Assembly: GCA_038496445.1 (NCBI GenBank)
Contig: JALMLS010000440.1
Coordinates: forward strand, 62,001-126,000
Source of the DNA: Trichosphaerium sp. ATCC 40318
Lineage: Eukaryota > Protista > Tubulinea
Reading direction: 5' to 3'
DNA length: 64,000 nucleotides
Of the stretch, positions 23,955-36,780 are shown one piece after another. How positions within the stretch are numbered: position 1 is the stretch's first letter; the number at the start of each line of letters is the position of its first letter. Made by a program: the position numbers and the translations under genes. A model generated the notes under the pieces. That model had not been told where the DNA came from. It saw nothing but the letters and a program-made list of their open reading frames with translations, and ran no database searches.

Positions 23955-24072
23955 TGGTTTAGTAAGTGAGGGTAGTCACGTGATTTTCCATCGATTTCAT
24001 GCCGAATTGACAACTATTCGTAGCCCTCTGTGCGTACAATTGTGGCAACCTAAAACGAAAACTATAATTGTT
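23955..24072 (-). repeat. inverted, diverged copy of an exon+intron fragment of the TRPV gene (about 46822-47005)
   Basis: Reverse complement TTTTAGGTTGCCACAATTGTACGCACAGAGGGCTACGAATAGTTGTCAA vs TTTTGGGTTGCCACAATTTTACGCACAGAGGACTACGAACAGTTCTCAA; AAATCGATGGAAAATCACGTG vs AAATCGTGGAGAATCACGTG. Confidence 0.85.
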
Positions 24073-24174
24073 AGACATTTTCGTCAAAAATAGCGAAAGA
24101 GTTGCGTAAAATTCGCAGAAAACCCTTAGTGGACTTAACGTATTTGGTTGTTTAGTAGGTTTTGCAGTTCTTAG

Positions 24175-25542
24175 ATGACCACAACACTCAGCGATTTAAA
24201 TACTGACGTTCTGTATCATCTTGTGGCTAAAACTAAGGGTTGGTCGCTTTTTGATGCAGTTTCAGCCTGCAGGAGTGTAGGTGTTACGCATTTGAGCGTA
24301 TTAGCTTATATTTATACTAGATAACGCAAGTTTGCAAGGATTTACGTTCTCTTCTTCCGTTAAGCTACGATGATCCCGTATGGAAGGTTCTATACAACGA
24401 GCACCTTCCCACACTTACATCAACACCTGACGGTACGTTGATTACCTTTTTTATAAACCTTGAGAAGAGTTCTCAATAAGTACTTATTTTTAGAATCTCA
24501 TAAAAATCATATCTGCGCAGTACAAAGATTTAGTAAAAACAGAGTTATCATTACAGAAAATATAAAAGTAGAGGATGGTAGGGGTTTGTTTGAATTTCTT
24601 AAGGTCGATATGTATCTTATGGGCGGTCATGTACAGCTATTCTACAACGGAGAGGTACAACATTCTCGTATTATTTACGGTTTTTTTCTACAAACGTGGG
24701 TTTTTGCAAGAACGCCATGTTGTTAGCACTGGTGTAGACACAGGTGACCCTGTGTATGCTATCTAATTGATGTACTTTGTATACAATTTGAGCATAAAGT
24801 CACGTGTTTTCTATAGAGTGACCTTTTGAACAGCGTAGTTATTTCAAATTAAACCTTTTTTTTTTTTTTTGCTACAATTTTCTTCTAACTCGCATTTGTG
24901 TTAGCCACTGTTCACTCAACTGAGTGCGTCAAGTTTGATCCGTATTTTTTGGTGCGGAAAGTGGGATAAAGAACTTGTTGGGCTTAAGAGTAAGCTTACA
25001 AAGCTCGAGAGAAGACTTCGTTTCGGAATTATAGATCCAACAGCAACATTAAAGGTTCAGTTGGATCCAATAATGTCTGCGTTCGCATCACAATCATACA
25101 CAATTACTTATGATCCCTGTTTTCAATATGAAGGCGCTACCGTACGTATTCACAATCACCATGTGCAGCAGATGTCTGTTGGCTGTTTAATTTATTTACT
25201 TTTTCTTTTGCTAGGATTCAGATGTCTGGGTAGTTAAGAGACTACCTCGAGATCACACTGGAAGTGATTTTCCAGTTGAATATAAAGATAGAAAATTAGT
25301 TGTTATATGCCAAGATTACATCAATGAGGAAATTGTAGCACAGTATGAGAAGAGGTTAGATGAGTATCCTAATATCAGACCTATTGTGTTGGTAGCTGAA
25401 TGTATAGATAATGATTGTCGTACTAGAGTTATACTGGACGGTATGTAACAGCTAAACTGCATAAATTGCGTATAAGAAACCTCTTTTCCTACAAAATACG
25501 CAGAGTAGTCAAGAACTAATAGCTTGTTCATTTGCAGTTAAG
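24175..25542 (+). CDS. F-box-like protein (multi-exon)
   Basis: MTTTLSDLNTDVLYHLV...ITQVCKDLRSL...DDPVWKVLY is an F-box-like pattern; downstream spliced exons; 3' end approximate. Confidence 0.6.
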
Positions 25543-25794
25543 TAGTTTGAACCATCGCAAGTTTAGTAATGAACGTTTACATCGTTAGCTGTTATATCAA
25601 TAATACCAGAAAAGGAACTTTTAAGAATATAAGGATTCTTATGGACCTTTAACTTTATCTAATTTTGCACCAATAAAATAAGAAAACACGTCATACAGGT
25701 TGTTAAATTAATATATTCTGTGACTTCAAGGAATTGTAAGATAAAATATAAGGATTTAATGGAGATTACTACCAGTAAAAAACACTTATTACAG

Positions 25795-26450
25795 AGGAGT
25801 GACTTCAACTTGATATCATTAATTTAGACTTTGAAGTTTACAAATGGTCAACACTCTCAAAACAAACAGTTTAACAACAAGGTTTAATAAAATGTTTGAA
25901 AAAAATGGAAAAAAGTGAGAAGTTTTAGTGTATATACAAATACCTGTACAAACAATAAGTAATTCTCTGCAAATGGTAACCGAGATGTATCCGTTACGTT
26001 TATTTTTTGCTTTAATTACAAATTGTGAAAAAAAATTTTGTAAACACTTATATGTTAAGGAACTTCAACTTGATATCATTATTTAGACTTTGAAGTTTAC
26101 AAAAAGGTAAACAACAAACAGAAACAAGGTTTAATAAAAGTTTGGTAAATGTATTATGACTACCGTACTATGGTGTTTAATGGAAGAGGAAAGAAGAAAT
26201 CGTTTGCCAAATGGTAAATTAGACGCACAAAGTTTTTATGGACAAATATGTAAAATAGAAGGAATGAAAACAGGAAGGAATAAAGTTTTGGCCAAAGGTC
26301 AATTAAACGCACAAAGTTTTTATGTTGTGGTCATTAGAAGGAGGCAAGAAAGTGTTCAACAATAAATAAGTTAAGTACGCAAGAATCCTATGTCAAGGTA
26401 AAAAGAGAAAGAAATGGAAAATTACTGTACCAATGAAGTTGAATAATGTA
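25795..26450 (+). pseudogene. heavily degraded F-box-like/MORN-variant remnant with duplicated leader
   Basis: CTTCAACTTGATATCATT..TTAGACTTTGAAGTTTACAAA (LQLDII.LDFEVYK) occurs at about 25803 and 26063, followed by broken NGKL/KGQL repeats. Confidence 0.7.
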
Positions 26451-26822
26451 CGACAGAACTACAAAAGTTCATTGGATGAAATTATGGCTAAAGTGATATT
26501 TAAAAACCATCCGTGCATTGGAAAAGCTGTATGGCTATAAGTGAACTTTGTTTATATTATTTATTTCTGCATCCGTGCTAATTAACTTAACACCACATGT
26601 TGATGCAAAATAATGACATTTGTAGAACCAGAAATAAACGCCATTGTTGACATAAGTCCAAGATGATACCAGTATTCTAGGGCCACCTTCACCACTACGT
26701 TACAAATTTGTTTTGTAAAGTGCCACTCTGCTAAAAAGCGACTTATGGTTTGAGTTAAGGCATTATTTAAATCTACCTAATTTACATTTATTTTAAACAA
26801 TCAAGGCGCTACGATCAACCTC

Positions 26823-27983
26823 ATGGGTGACAGAATATCAAAGACAAGGAGGACGAAAGTATCAGACGAAGATATTGTAGCCGCGATCACTTGTGCGTGT
26901 CGTACTTTAATTCAACGATTTCACGGTCTGAAACGGCATTGCAGCGTTGATATTTTGGAACGTTACGTTAAAACCTTTAAAACAGATATCAACCGCCCCT
27001 AGCGGTTTTGACATTGGTATAAACTCTCTTCAATGCACTTTTTTGCCGTTTTAGTAACATTTCTTTAAACAGACCATAACGCGCCTGTACCGGACCACGA
27101 TACATTCTATATCATATTTGAGTATCTAGAACCGCATAATATAGTAAAAGCAGGACAAGTATGTAAGGTACGAGCGGTAGGCACTATATTTCTTTTTCGT
27201 GAAACAAAAATCACTGAATTGGTCTTCATAAAGCGTTTTTTGGCTTTTAGTCAATGACTGTTTGTTTTTAGAGCTGGTAGGTTACTTCTGTACACGATGA
27301 TATTTGATTTCGTTCCAGAAAATATGAGATTGTCACGTGCGCATAATATGTGTAGGTACAATATTGCCAGAGAGGACAGCTTATGGTTGTCAGAGATAAA
27401 GAAAATATCCGATAAAGATTTGATCAAAGACATTGATCTTAACATGTTCTCAAACAGTTGGGAGCGCGTATTCAAATCTTATTGGTTGCCCTATTGTTTG
27501 CATAATACTCAATGGAAGTTTAACCATGTTGGTGCTGATGTATGTCGACCAGGACGAGAACTTTTGTGGGTTTTTTCTGACTTTTTTCTTGTTAAGATAT
27601 CTGACTATATTTTTGAACTACTTCCAGATGGTTAGTACAATACTAGTTGATGAAGTGGATTTTATAATAATATCATTGTATAGGCCGTATATTATCAAAG
27701 CATTCTAATCACCACCGACACAAAGACAGGTACCAAAACACAAGAATTGTTGGTAGTTTTTTTTTTATGCAAACTTTCTTTAAAGATGGTCTCGTGTTGG
27801 TAATATGATAATAATGTCATTCAACATGTGTTATGCTATTCATATTGGTACACTGGAATGTAAAAATGGAAAAGTTGAATTCATGACTGGAGAAGCATAC
27901 AATTCAAAGGTACAACCTTTTCAACTCCCTATTCAATAACATTGTTGTAGAATAGAAGGTGGGTTTGGACAGCTGGAAGGTAA
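26823..27983 (+). CDS. F-box protein (multi-exon)
   Basis: Exon PDHDTFYIIFEYLEPHNIVKAGQVCK, then YNIAREDSLW: canonical F-box and following helix. Confidence 0.75.
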
Positions 27984-28686
27984 GCCCGAGCTTAATTAAA
28001 AACGCCAAGACATTTGCTTGGTGTTAAACAACCAAGTTTAACCGTAACCACGTGTTGTTGCTTCAAATTGATTCCGGTTTTTTTCTTCGTTTTTTTTTTT
28101 TGATGATTTTCCAATTTACAAAATAAAATGCTCTTAACTTCTTTATGACGCATGTGATAGTGTTACGTAACCTTATTATTACTATTAGGCAACCATACAA
28201 GAAAAATGCAACTATCGAAGATAAGACCTTGTATGACTTAAATCAATCAAATCCAGCAGACTATAGCGTCCATAGTCTTCTATGCCAAACTGTGTCACAC
28301 TTTGGAAATTCTTTACAAAAACATTTGAGGTCTCTTGATATTGCACATATATAGTATAATAAAAATAAACAACTGACACTGTAAAAAAAAACCTTATTAT
28401 ACTGAAAGTGGTTTTGTAGTCAACGTCGATGAATATAAGTTGGCTTCTGAAGTCTGCTTGTGTATGAGTTGAGGTTCTGAATGTTAAATTCGTTAAGGAG
28501 GGAAGTTTTGATAAGCTGTTATCGCCGTAGTGGTTCAGAGCTTCTTAGAATAGAGGTACACTCTGCAGAATGGAAAAAGTGGGAGTTTAGACACATGAAT
28601 ACGTACCTCAATGATTAGTGACATGTAGAACTAGCGACGACTTACAGCATAACGTAAACACTGATTCCACGGAAACACGTGCGACA

Positions 28687-30051
28687 ATGGCTTCTAATAA
28701 ACATAATGCTTCAGCGCTAAAAGAGCATAAACCAGGATCAAGCCATACAGAACTATTAGACATTTCTCCGGAGGTATTGTCGTATTTACTCTCGTTTGCG
28801 GATGACTCTATTCGATTTCCTGTTTCGAGTACTAGTAAACGACTATCAGATATTATCAGGCATGTTGTTGGTTACAATTGTATCTCTATTCAATCAAGCG
28901 AAGGTTGTTCTCGTATTTCAGGAAGTCCACTATTAAAAACCAGCAATATTTCATTAACTTTCAAGGAAGTGAACGATAAAGATCTTGCTTTGCTTGCAGG
29001 TGTTCGTTCCTTATCCATTCGTAGTACCAAGTATATTACCGACACAGGTTTGATATCAGTTTGCGGTGTCCGCCTTTTGACTATCAGGGACTGTCCGCAC
29101 ATTACAGATTTGAGTATCATTCAAATCTCAAAACACCTCAAGTCTATTTGTATGCCTGGAGCGGAACGAGTTACAGAGGTAGGTATAAAATCACTTGCAG
29201 GGATACCTGATATCAATGTATCATATACAGTAGTGACGGATGAAGTATTGTATGTGTTATCAGGAGTGAAGAAAATAGACTTAAGTGATTGTAAACTTAT
29301 TACAGACTCTGGCATATCGTCCTTGGCAGGTGTACATACAATAAATCTATCCTTTACTCAAGTTGGAGATGAGGGTATTATACCTTTGGCAGGAGTTCAC
29401 ACGATACTGTTGGATAGTACCTTTGTGACTGATAGAGGCGTTGAAGCATTGGCTGGTTGTCACACCATTAATTTGAAGTATACTGATGTTACAGATAGAG
29501 GTGTATCAGCGTTAAAGGGTGTCCACTCAATCAATCTCTCACATTGTTATGGAATTACTGGAAAGAGTATGCGGAGTCTTTCATCTGCTGTTGATATCAA
29601 TCTTTCTCACACAGGTGCTACAGATGATTGGCTTTATCCTCTTTCAAGTGTTAAGATAATAAGTTTAAATAGCTGCGACATTACAGATGAAGGTGTTAAG
29701 ATGCTTGGTAAACGTAATGTTGAAGAGATACGTCTTTCTAATTGTACGAAAATAACAATTGAATGTATGGAGAGTATCTCTGGGGCAAGAAAAATAAATC
29801 TATCAAATACTAATGTGGCAGATGATTGGTTAGTTCATCTTATTGGTGTACAAAAATTATTACTTTATGATTGCAAACATATTACAACAAAACAAGTAAT
29901 TACCCTCAGAGGTCAAAATAATTGGTGCATAGACAAAACAAGGACGATGCAAGAATGTAGAAAATTTGCTCAGGCTGATGATCATTTGCCAATCAACTAT
30001 TCAACAATTCGACCACTTGTTGATATCAAGTCAGCTTACTGGTTTAAATAA
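28687..30051 (+). CDS. intronless F-box-like + leucine-rich repeat protein
   Basis: LLDISPEVLSYLLSF..VSSTSKRL leader; about 14 repeats of LxGVHTIxLxxTxVTDxGV; single ORF. Confidence 0.9.
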   Translation: MASNKHNASALKEHKPGSSHTELLDISPEVLSYLLSFADDSIRFPVSSTSKRLSDIIRHVVGYNCISIQSSEGCSRISGSPLLKTSNISLTFKEVNDKDLALLAGVRSLSIRSTKYITDTGLISVCGVRLLTIRDCPHITDLSIIQISKHLKSICMPGAERVTEVGIKSLAGIPDINVSYTVVTDEVLYVLSGVKKIDLSDCKLITDSGISSLAGVHTINLSFTQVGDEGIIPLAGVHTILLDSTFVTDRGVEALAGCHTINLKYTDVTDRGVSALKGVHSINLSHCYGITGKSMRSLSSAVDINLSHTGATDDWLYPLSSVKIISLNSCDITDEGVKMLGKRNVEEIRLSNCTKITIECMESISGARKINLSNTNVADDWLVHLIGVQKLLLYDCKHITTKQVITLRGQNNWCIDKTRTMQECRKFAQADDHLPINYSTIRPLVDIKSAYWFK

Positions 30052-30361
30052 AATTTACTTTGTCTGAGCCGTATGCCTTTTAATCTTACCCTATCCTAGG
30101 GTTTCATTGGTTGGGTGGATTAGGTCCGTTGTTGGATGCGAAGGAGACTTGGAGCATGACAATTTTCGTCTGTCTCATTTCTTTAGCCAAACGGTACTGG
30201 ATCAACTGCTAAAGACCAATGACTGGTGTACGCTGCTTTGATGCTTGGGTATTCACTGCTCATAACGAGAGAAGCTGCAACAAACCTAGAGTTAAGTGGT
30301 GCATGAAAAACTGACTATCTTAACTTGCGATCATTAATTGTTGATTCGAGACTAAACAATG

Positions 30362-31313
30362 ATGCTTACACGTAGTTCAATGCGCTATTCTGCTTTACAA
30401 ACAGCTAGTACGTAAAACGACCGTTTTGTTTCTGATACGCTTTTTTTTTTCTTTGCCTCTTTATTGCCGTATTCTTCTTTTAATCATATCTCTACGCGAA
30501 CAGATACCACCAGAGCACAAAAGAGGACTTTTACTAGCTCAGTACAAACAAAGTCTCCTGAAAAACCTGCATACACCTTCAACATGAACTTTGCAGTAGA
30601 TAAAGAGATCGAAACGAAAAGTTTTAGCGAAATAATCAAACTCCCGCCTTCCGCTCTACAAGGTCTCGCAAATCGCGCTGATCCAATGTTTGCAAAGTTC
30701 AAGATAGGCACAATCGAAGATTTAGCGAATTGGTGAGAGTTTTCTTCGTTTTTTGTAGACTGACACTAAAAACCAAGGGAATACTTCCACAATGCGCGCG
30801 CTATAGCTACTCTAGCAGAACTAGAAGAATCAGGCAAACGTAGCCCGAAAGCTAAATCAAACATGAATTTGGCGCTTGACAAGGCGTATGAGACAAAGAG
30901 CTTTAAAGAGCTATTGAATGCACCGCCTTCTGCGCTTTCTGGTCTTGCTGATTGGACAGACTCTGTACTAAAGGACTTGAACATTCAATCCGTACGTACA
31001 ATCATACCACAGACGTAGTGCTCTTCGTTTCTGAACGAACTACAAGAATTCTCGCGAATCAATCCTTATTTTAGTCATCACGCTTTTTTCTGACTTGTTT
31101 TTTTTGTCATAGGTAGAAAAATTGGCTAGCTTCAAATACTGTAAATGGTACGCGTCAACGCCGTTGACTAATCAAGAAATAACAACAAAAAACTTTTCCG
31201 AAAAAAAAAGAAAAGAAAAAAATCCATCCTTTATCATACTCACAATCTGGTTTATTAGGAGTGAAGCGCTGGTTGCTCTAGCAAAGTCAGAAACTAAGGA
31301 TCATCATAGTTAG
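30362..31313 (+). CDS. small protein with two tandem homologous domains and a putative mitochondrial presequence
   Basis: MLTRSSMRYSALQTA..RAQKRTFTSS leader; MNFAVDKEIETKSFSEIIKLPPSALQGLA and MNLALDKAYETKSFKELLNAPPSALSGLA; GT-AG introns. Confidence 0.75.
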
Positions 31314-31608
31314 AAAAAAAATGGAATAAAACTAGTAGGAGGTTGTCGTAGACAGTTAACTTTCACCTACCTTTTTTCCGAATAAAAAAACCAGTCATTT
31401 TTAATTGCTTGCTACTGCTAGGGATTAATCTTTAAAAACTAGCACTAGTGCTAAATAAATATAGCGGTATATCACGTTAAAGGTTACATCGTTGAATTTC
31501 CGTGTTCACATTTTATGGGTACAGTAAAAGGTTTTAGTGAAGTGATATTTTTACAAAAACAATAAGACTTTTATTGAATACTACTAGTTTTGCTTAAAGT
31601 GACTGATG

Positions 31609-32622
31609 TCAAATTTCAGGTTGTTGTTGTGGTTTAAGCTCTAATTGTTCGATAATGTAACTGCATAGTATCCTTTCTAAAAATGTATGTCACGTGTTTT
31701 GAAAAGTTGGGAGGTGTGAAAAAAAAAGATGAAGTGAATTGTGACAGTATTTGTAAATAAAGCGCATAGAAACTAATGAAAAGAACCCAATAGTAAATTT
31801 TGAATTCTACAGGCGCTCAAAAGGACTACCAAGAAATAAGCAAGTACCTTGTTCTTGCCATACTTGACGAAATCATCAAAGTTATTCAAAACAACATTTG
31901 ATTCAAATAGATTATGCAAGTATTCAATTTCATAGCTATAAACACTCTTTAAAATCAATTAGTACGTTATAATAATATGTGTATAAACGCTGACATACCT
32001 CCACTCCACATGAAGAGTAGATTTGGCCCTTTAACTCATCAATTGTGTTCACACCTTCAAAAAAACAAAAGTCAAAAAGAATAAGATGACACATGTTTGC
32101 TCACCTTTGCATGTTACAGAATAAGTCTTTGATCCTTTTTTAGCCTGTATAAGTATACCAGTAACCGTATCAGGTACTTTAGGAGAAGATTCCACTTGCT
32201 TCTGAGCGTTTTTTTTCAATTCTTGTTCAAGTACTTTTTTTTTCGCAAAAAGCACTTGGTCTTGTTCAACTGCTTCTTCCATTTTTTGCTTCTAAGTAAC
32301 GCATTATTTGAAAGAAACAATAATGTATTTACCTTTATTTCCCTTAGTAGAGTCATTATGTTCTTTTGTAGTGCATGTACCTGTTTTCTCTGTTCCTCTG
32401 ACTCGCATAGGTGCTCTTCTAGCATACATTGGCGTTCTTGTAGCTCGCATTCCAACATTCGGTTCTTATCGCACAGCGCGGCTTAGAAAACGTTAGTAGA
32501 GGGTTTTTCAGGTTATATTGTACTTCAGATAACGGTTTCGCACCTATCTCTCTCTCTAGCGCTTCTACCATACATTTCAATTGTTCTACCTCACTTTTTA
32601 GCGCTTGTTCGGTCGCAGACAT
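31609..32622 (-). CDS. coiled-coil protein with possible C-terminal PB1/ubiquitin-like domain
   Basis: MSATEQALKSEVEQLK.. heptad-rich exons; ILIQAKKGSKTYSV..DELKGQI..YEIEY..VVLNNFDDF. Confidence 0.55.
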
Positions 32623-33483
32623 TGTGTTGTACTTCACCAAACTAATTTTTGGAATTCGCTGAAAAAGTGGCTTTGTTTTGACTTTTTGCCTTCTATTATC
32701 ACCAGCATCTCACCCTTTGTAATATGTATGTCCGCAGTTTATTTTCTTGTAATTGAGATTAAAGAAATGGTTTTAGGACAGTTATAAGGATGTAATTTGT
32801 GCCGTTTTGTATCATAGAAGCGAGAAGAATATATTGGAATAAACCAAGAAAATTGTTTTCAAATACGAATTTTGCACCGTTTGGAACATAGCTAGTACTA
32901 TCATTTTTTTTACACTGAAACATTATTCAATATTGGATGCCCCAGAGGTGGTGTATTGATGTCATTGTTTGCTATGGAGCAAATAGTTGAGCTATGACAA
33001 TATCTAGAATGTCTAAAGGGTAAAAGATGGTCAAACGCAGAAGTGTGAGACCACAGAAAAATGAGGATTTCTGACATAAATAAATCACATTTTCAAACTA
33101 CAATCGTTTGAGTCAAGTTGAAACTATTAATGGACGGTAAACTTCAGAACCTAAACGGCTAACCGGTTTGTAACGAAAACTTAAGGCACCTGGACGTGTA
33201 CTTACATCTTTTCAGTTTCCTTCAATGAACTTATAAAGCCTGTTTGTTAAAACCTAACCCTCTACCACTGAAAGAAGTATCCCAATACGCTTGATTGAAC
33301 TCAAGTTAAGGCAATGCTATACCTTGCTTAGACGCAATCACGTGTGAGATTTAGCCCTTGGGTTAGTGAACAGGCATCAAAAGCTGTTGCGTTTTGATAA
33401 CAAGTTAAACGTAGCTACAACCAATGTTTCTAAAGCCATTTCGACTTATTTCCACTTTAGAAATCTACGCCTTCTAAGACAAT

Positions 33484-36322
33484 ATGCGAGAGTTTGTGAA
33501 GCGTAAAGAGCGTAAGATCTTGTCTTTTAGGCCTCCAATACATAATTATTTTATTAATTCGCTTACAATAGATAAGCCAACGCGTTATTGTGGCGGTACA
33601 TTATCTAGGAATCAACTTATTGTCGTTTGTGGGTTTGTTTCAATAGCATTGATACGTATCTTCTTTTTCGTTTCTCAAAATCACGTGACTGTAATAAGCC
33701 TCGATACAGACTCAGTACGCTATTTATATATGAGCACAAAAAACAATCGTTTGCTTTGGCTAAAGCAAAATAGGAAGAAGTTCCTGAAAACAATAACCTT
33801 GCACACGTGGATGAAGTTCCTGATGTTCATCCTACATTGTCACCAACGAATACACCTTATGAATCGCCTACCAATTATCCAGTACCTCCACCAACTGCAT
33901 CACCAACTAATGCACCTGTTCCCTCACCTACAGCACCACCAACACAGACAGCGTCGCCAACAAACTATCCAGTACCTCCACCAACACTAGCACCTACAAA
34001 TGCGCCTGTACCTGCTCCCAAAGCACCAACAAACGCACCGACATCAACACCTACACAGTCACCAACAAACGTACCAACCTCAACACCTACGGTGTCACCA
34101 ACAAACATACCAACACATTCACCAACAAATGCAGCTACATCAACTCCTACGGTGTCACCAACAAACTCACCAATCAATGCACCAGTACCACCTACTGAAT
34201 CGCTGACAAATTACATAGCAGAAAAACAAACACCAACTAAAGCTCCTATTCCTGCTTATCCTGACACGCCTACAAATGCATCAATACCTCCGCCTACTGA
34301 ATCTCCTAGTTCGCCTGTACCTCCGCCAACTGTGTCACCAACAAACACGCCTGTTCCTGAATCTACAGCAGCAACAACGTCACCAACGCAGACAGCATCA
34401 CTAACTAACAATCCTGTACTTCCAACAAGCCAAAAAATATATCCATCAAGGACATACAAATCTCATACTATAGAAACGACAATAGGACCAGTGCGTTGCA
34501 AGAACTTGAAGTATTATTCTTACCGTTGTTTGTTCATAGAGTATTATCCCACATGTTGTAGGAAGATATTGCAGAGAGGATATGGAAGAAATTGGAGTGT
34601 CTCATCCAGAATCTATATATAATGCACAGTGGGATTACTTACACCCACGTTGTGTTAATGTTAAGGAATCTACTGAGTTCTTTTATAGGGTATATTCGTA
34701 AGTACTTTTTTTATGTTTTTTTCTTGTTTTCTATTTCTGTTGAACTTTCTTCAAATTAGGCTGTTACCACGGGCACAAAATAGAGACTGTAATGACCATC
34801 GGAATAGAGTCATGTTATTCTCCCCACCTACAAGGTAAGATCTCTAAATAAGACAAAACCAAACAAGATTGGGTGGCTTCCACAATTGTTTTTTAAATCG
34901 AAATGCAGTATTATTGTTTATCAGTTTCTAGAACCTGTGGTCTTGGATGCGAGATGTATTTCACAACAAACGCTTTCCATATAGCATTGAAATTAAATTA
35001 TACATTTGTTTTATTACCTTTTGCAACTACTTGGGATGTATGTAACTTCAAGACCTTACCTAAAAAATCCAAAAAAACTAAGAATTTACATTAGCACTGG
35101 AATGAGACGTTTTGTAAAAGACGAGAATTTGATTGTTACTTTGCACCAGTATTCAACAAGAAGTTATGTAACATTTCTGTTTTGTGGGATACAAAAAAAG
35201 TACGCTTTAAAACGCGAAACACACCACGTGGCCTCAATTATAGAAAACAGTAATTCCACAAAAAATGGTCTAAATTGAATTCATTTCTTAGATGGCCTCA
35301 CAACAGCCAAACGTATACCGTAGCATATCAAAAGAGCATAAATATAATTCAAAACAAATATTGAATTACCTTAGTGATAAAAAACACATAGTTATTGATG
35401 AACGTTATGTAAATGTACGTATGTATTTATTTTTATTTTTGTGTCACAAATCATGTTAATGTTATTCAGCGGGACATTGGTACTGCAGGACTGTTCAAAA
35501 CAGCTAGTGGACATGCAAGGTATTTAAAATATTGCTGACATAAATAAAGCAATAAAATAACAAAAAACTTTGTAGGTTAAAGGCAGCTATGCTTAAGTAC
35601 TTGCTAAGACCTGGACCTGAATTGAGAGATTTTATTTTACAAGAAAAAAAAAGATTGAAGTTTGATGAGTTTTCAAAAGAACCTATCATAGCTATTCATG
35701 TTCGCCGTGGCGATTCATTAATGGAAGCAGGAAGAAGATTTCTCAATATTAGTGGTACGAAAAATTGCTGTAAGTGCTACAGTGTAAAAAAAGCAAAAAA
35801 GATTACATGCCATATGCAGAAAAGTTACGTGACATTTACCAAGCGAAGACAATTTACTTGCTTACAGTATGTCATAAACTTATTTTGATTCGATTCTACA
35901 TATTGATACTTGTTGATAGGCATCAAGAGTTATAGTAAACCAAACATTGGACTTCCCAGAATGGAACTGGTTGCACGCTGATCCAAAATATTTATGGAAT
36001 GGTATAAAGTTATTTTTAGTTATTTTTATCTCAGTAGAGTTTATCAACTGACTGTATACCCTGAATTTAGATGGTCATAAAACTGGTGCTGGTGACTCAA
36101 AGGAATCTAGTTTAGCGACATTCGCAGCACTTTTAATTGCAGGTGAATGTAATATGTTTGTAGGCACACATCACTCAAACTTTGGCCGAATGGTTAGATT
36201 ACTACAAGTCCGTATTTGGTTTACACAAACCCTTTAACTTACTACCCTAGATGGGCAACAATCGTGGATTAGCATCACCTTACAGGCTGATTTCAGGAAA
36301 TTCGAATGAAGCACGTGCCTAA
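33484..36322 (+). CDS. type II membrane alpha-1,6-fucosyltransferase-like (GT23) protein with Pro/Thr-rich stem
   Basis: N-terminal TM; motifs CGLGCEM, IAIHVRRGDS, FVGTHHSNFGR correspond to FUT8 CGYGCQL, GVHVRRTDK, LVCTFSSQVCR. Confidence 0.8.
33820..34430 (+). repeat. coding Pro/Thr/Ser (SPTN/PT) mucin-like repeats
   Basis: Recurrent TCACCAACAAA; SPTNxP peptide units. Confidence 0.9.
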
Positions 36323-36780
36323 AAAAGAATATTTCACATAAAAATTGCAGACGCCAAAAAAAAATACAGTACAAGTACAAAGTAGAACAGTTCATTTACA
36401 AGCAAATAATAATGGGTGAGCGTCTTTTGTGTTGAAGAGCACGTGACAAATCTGAGATAGACACCAAAAAGGCAGTCATTGTAATTCTTCCCTCCTGTAT
36501 AATTTTCATTAAATTCCTTCCTCCTTGTTATAAATTTATCAAAACAGAATTCTCCTTACCTCGTTACGGTACCTGTAACAACTCGTCTTATAACCTTAGA
36601 TAAGGAATACGACAATTATTACCCACACATGCTATCTAGTTCAAAGCATTGTAAAATAGACAGTACCTAGTACAAATTTATTGCGACTCCCTACTATCTT
36701 TGTGAGTGAAAAGGGATAACTCAGCAAGATCTTATAAATCTTGTATTGATATGTTGCAGAAGTTACACTAGTTTGAGTTG

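Noticed and set aside
32940-33270. Possible further hAT-like MITE (CAGAGGTGGTG..., AAACGGCTAACCGG)
   Set aside because: No convincing TIR pair or TSD
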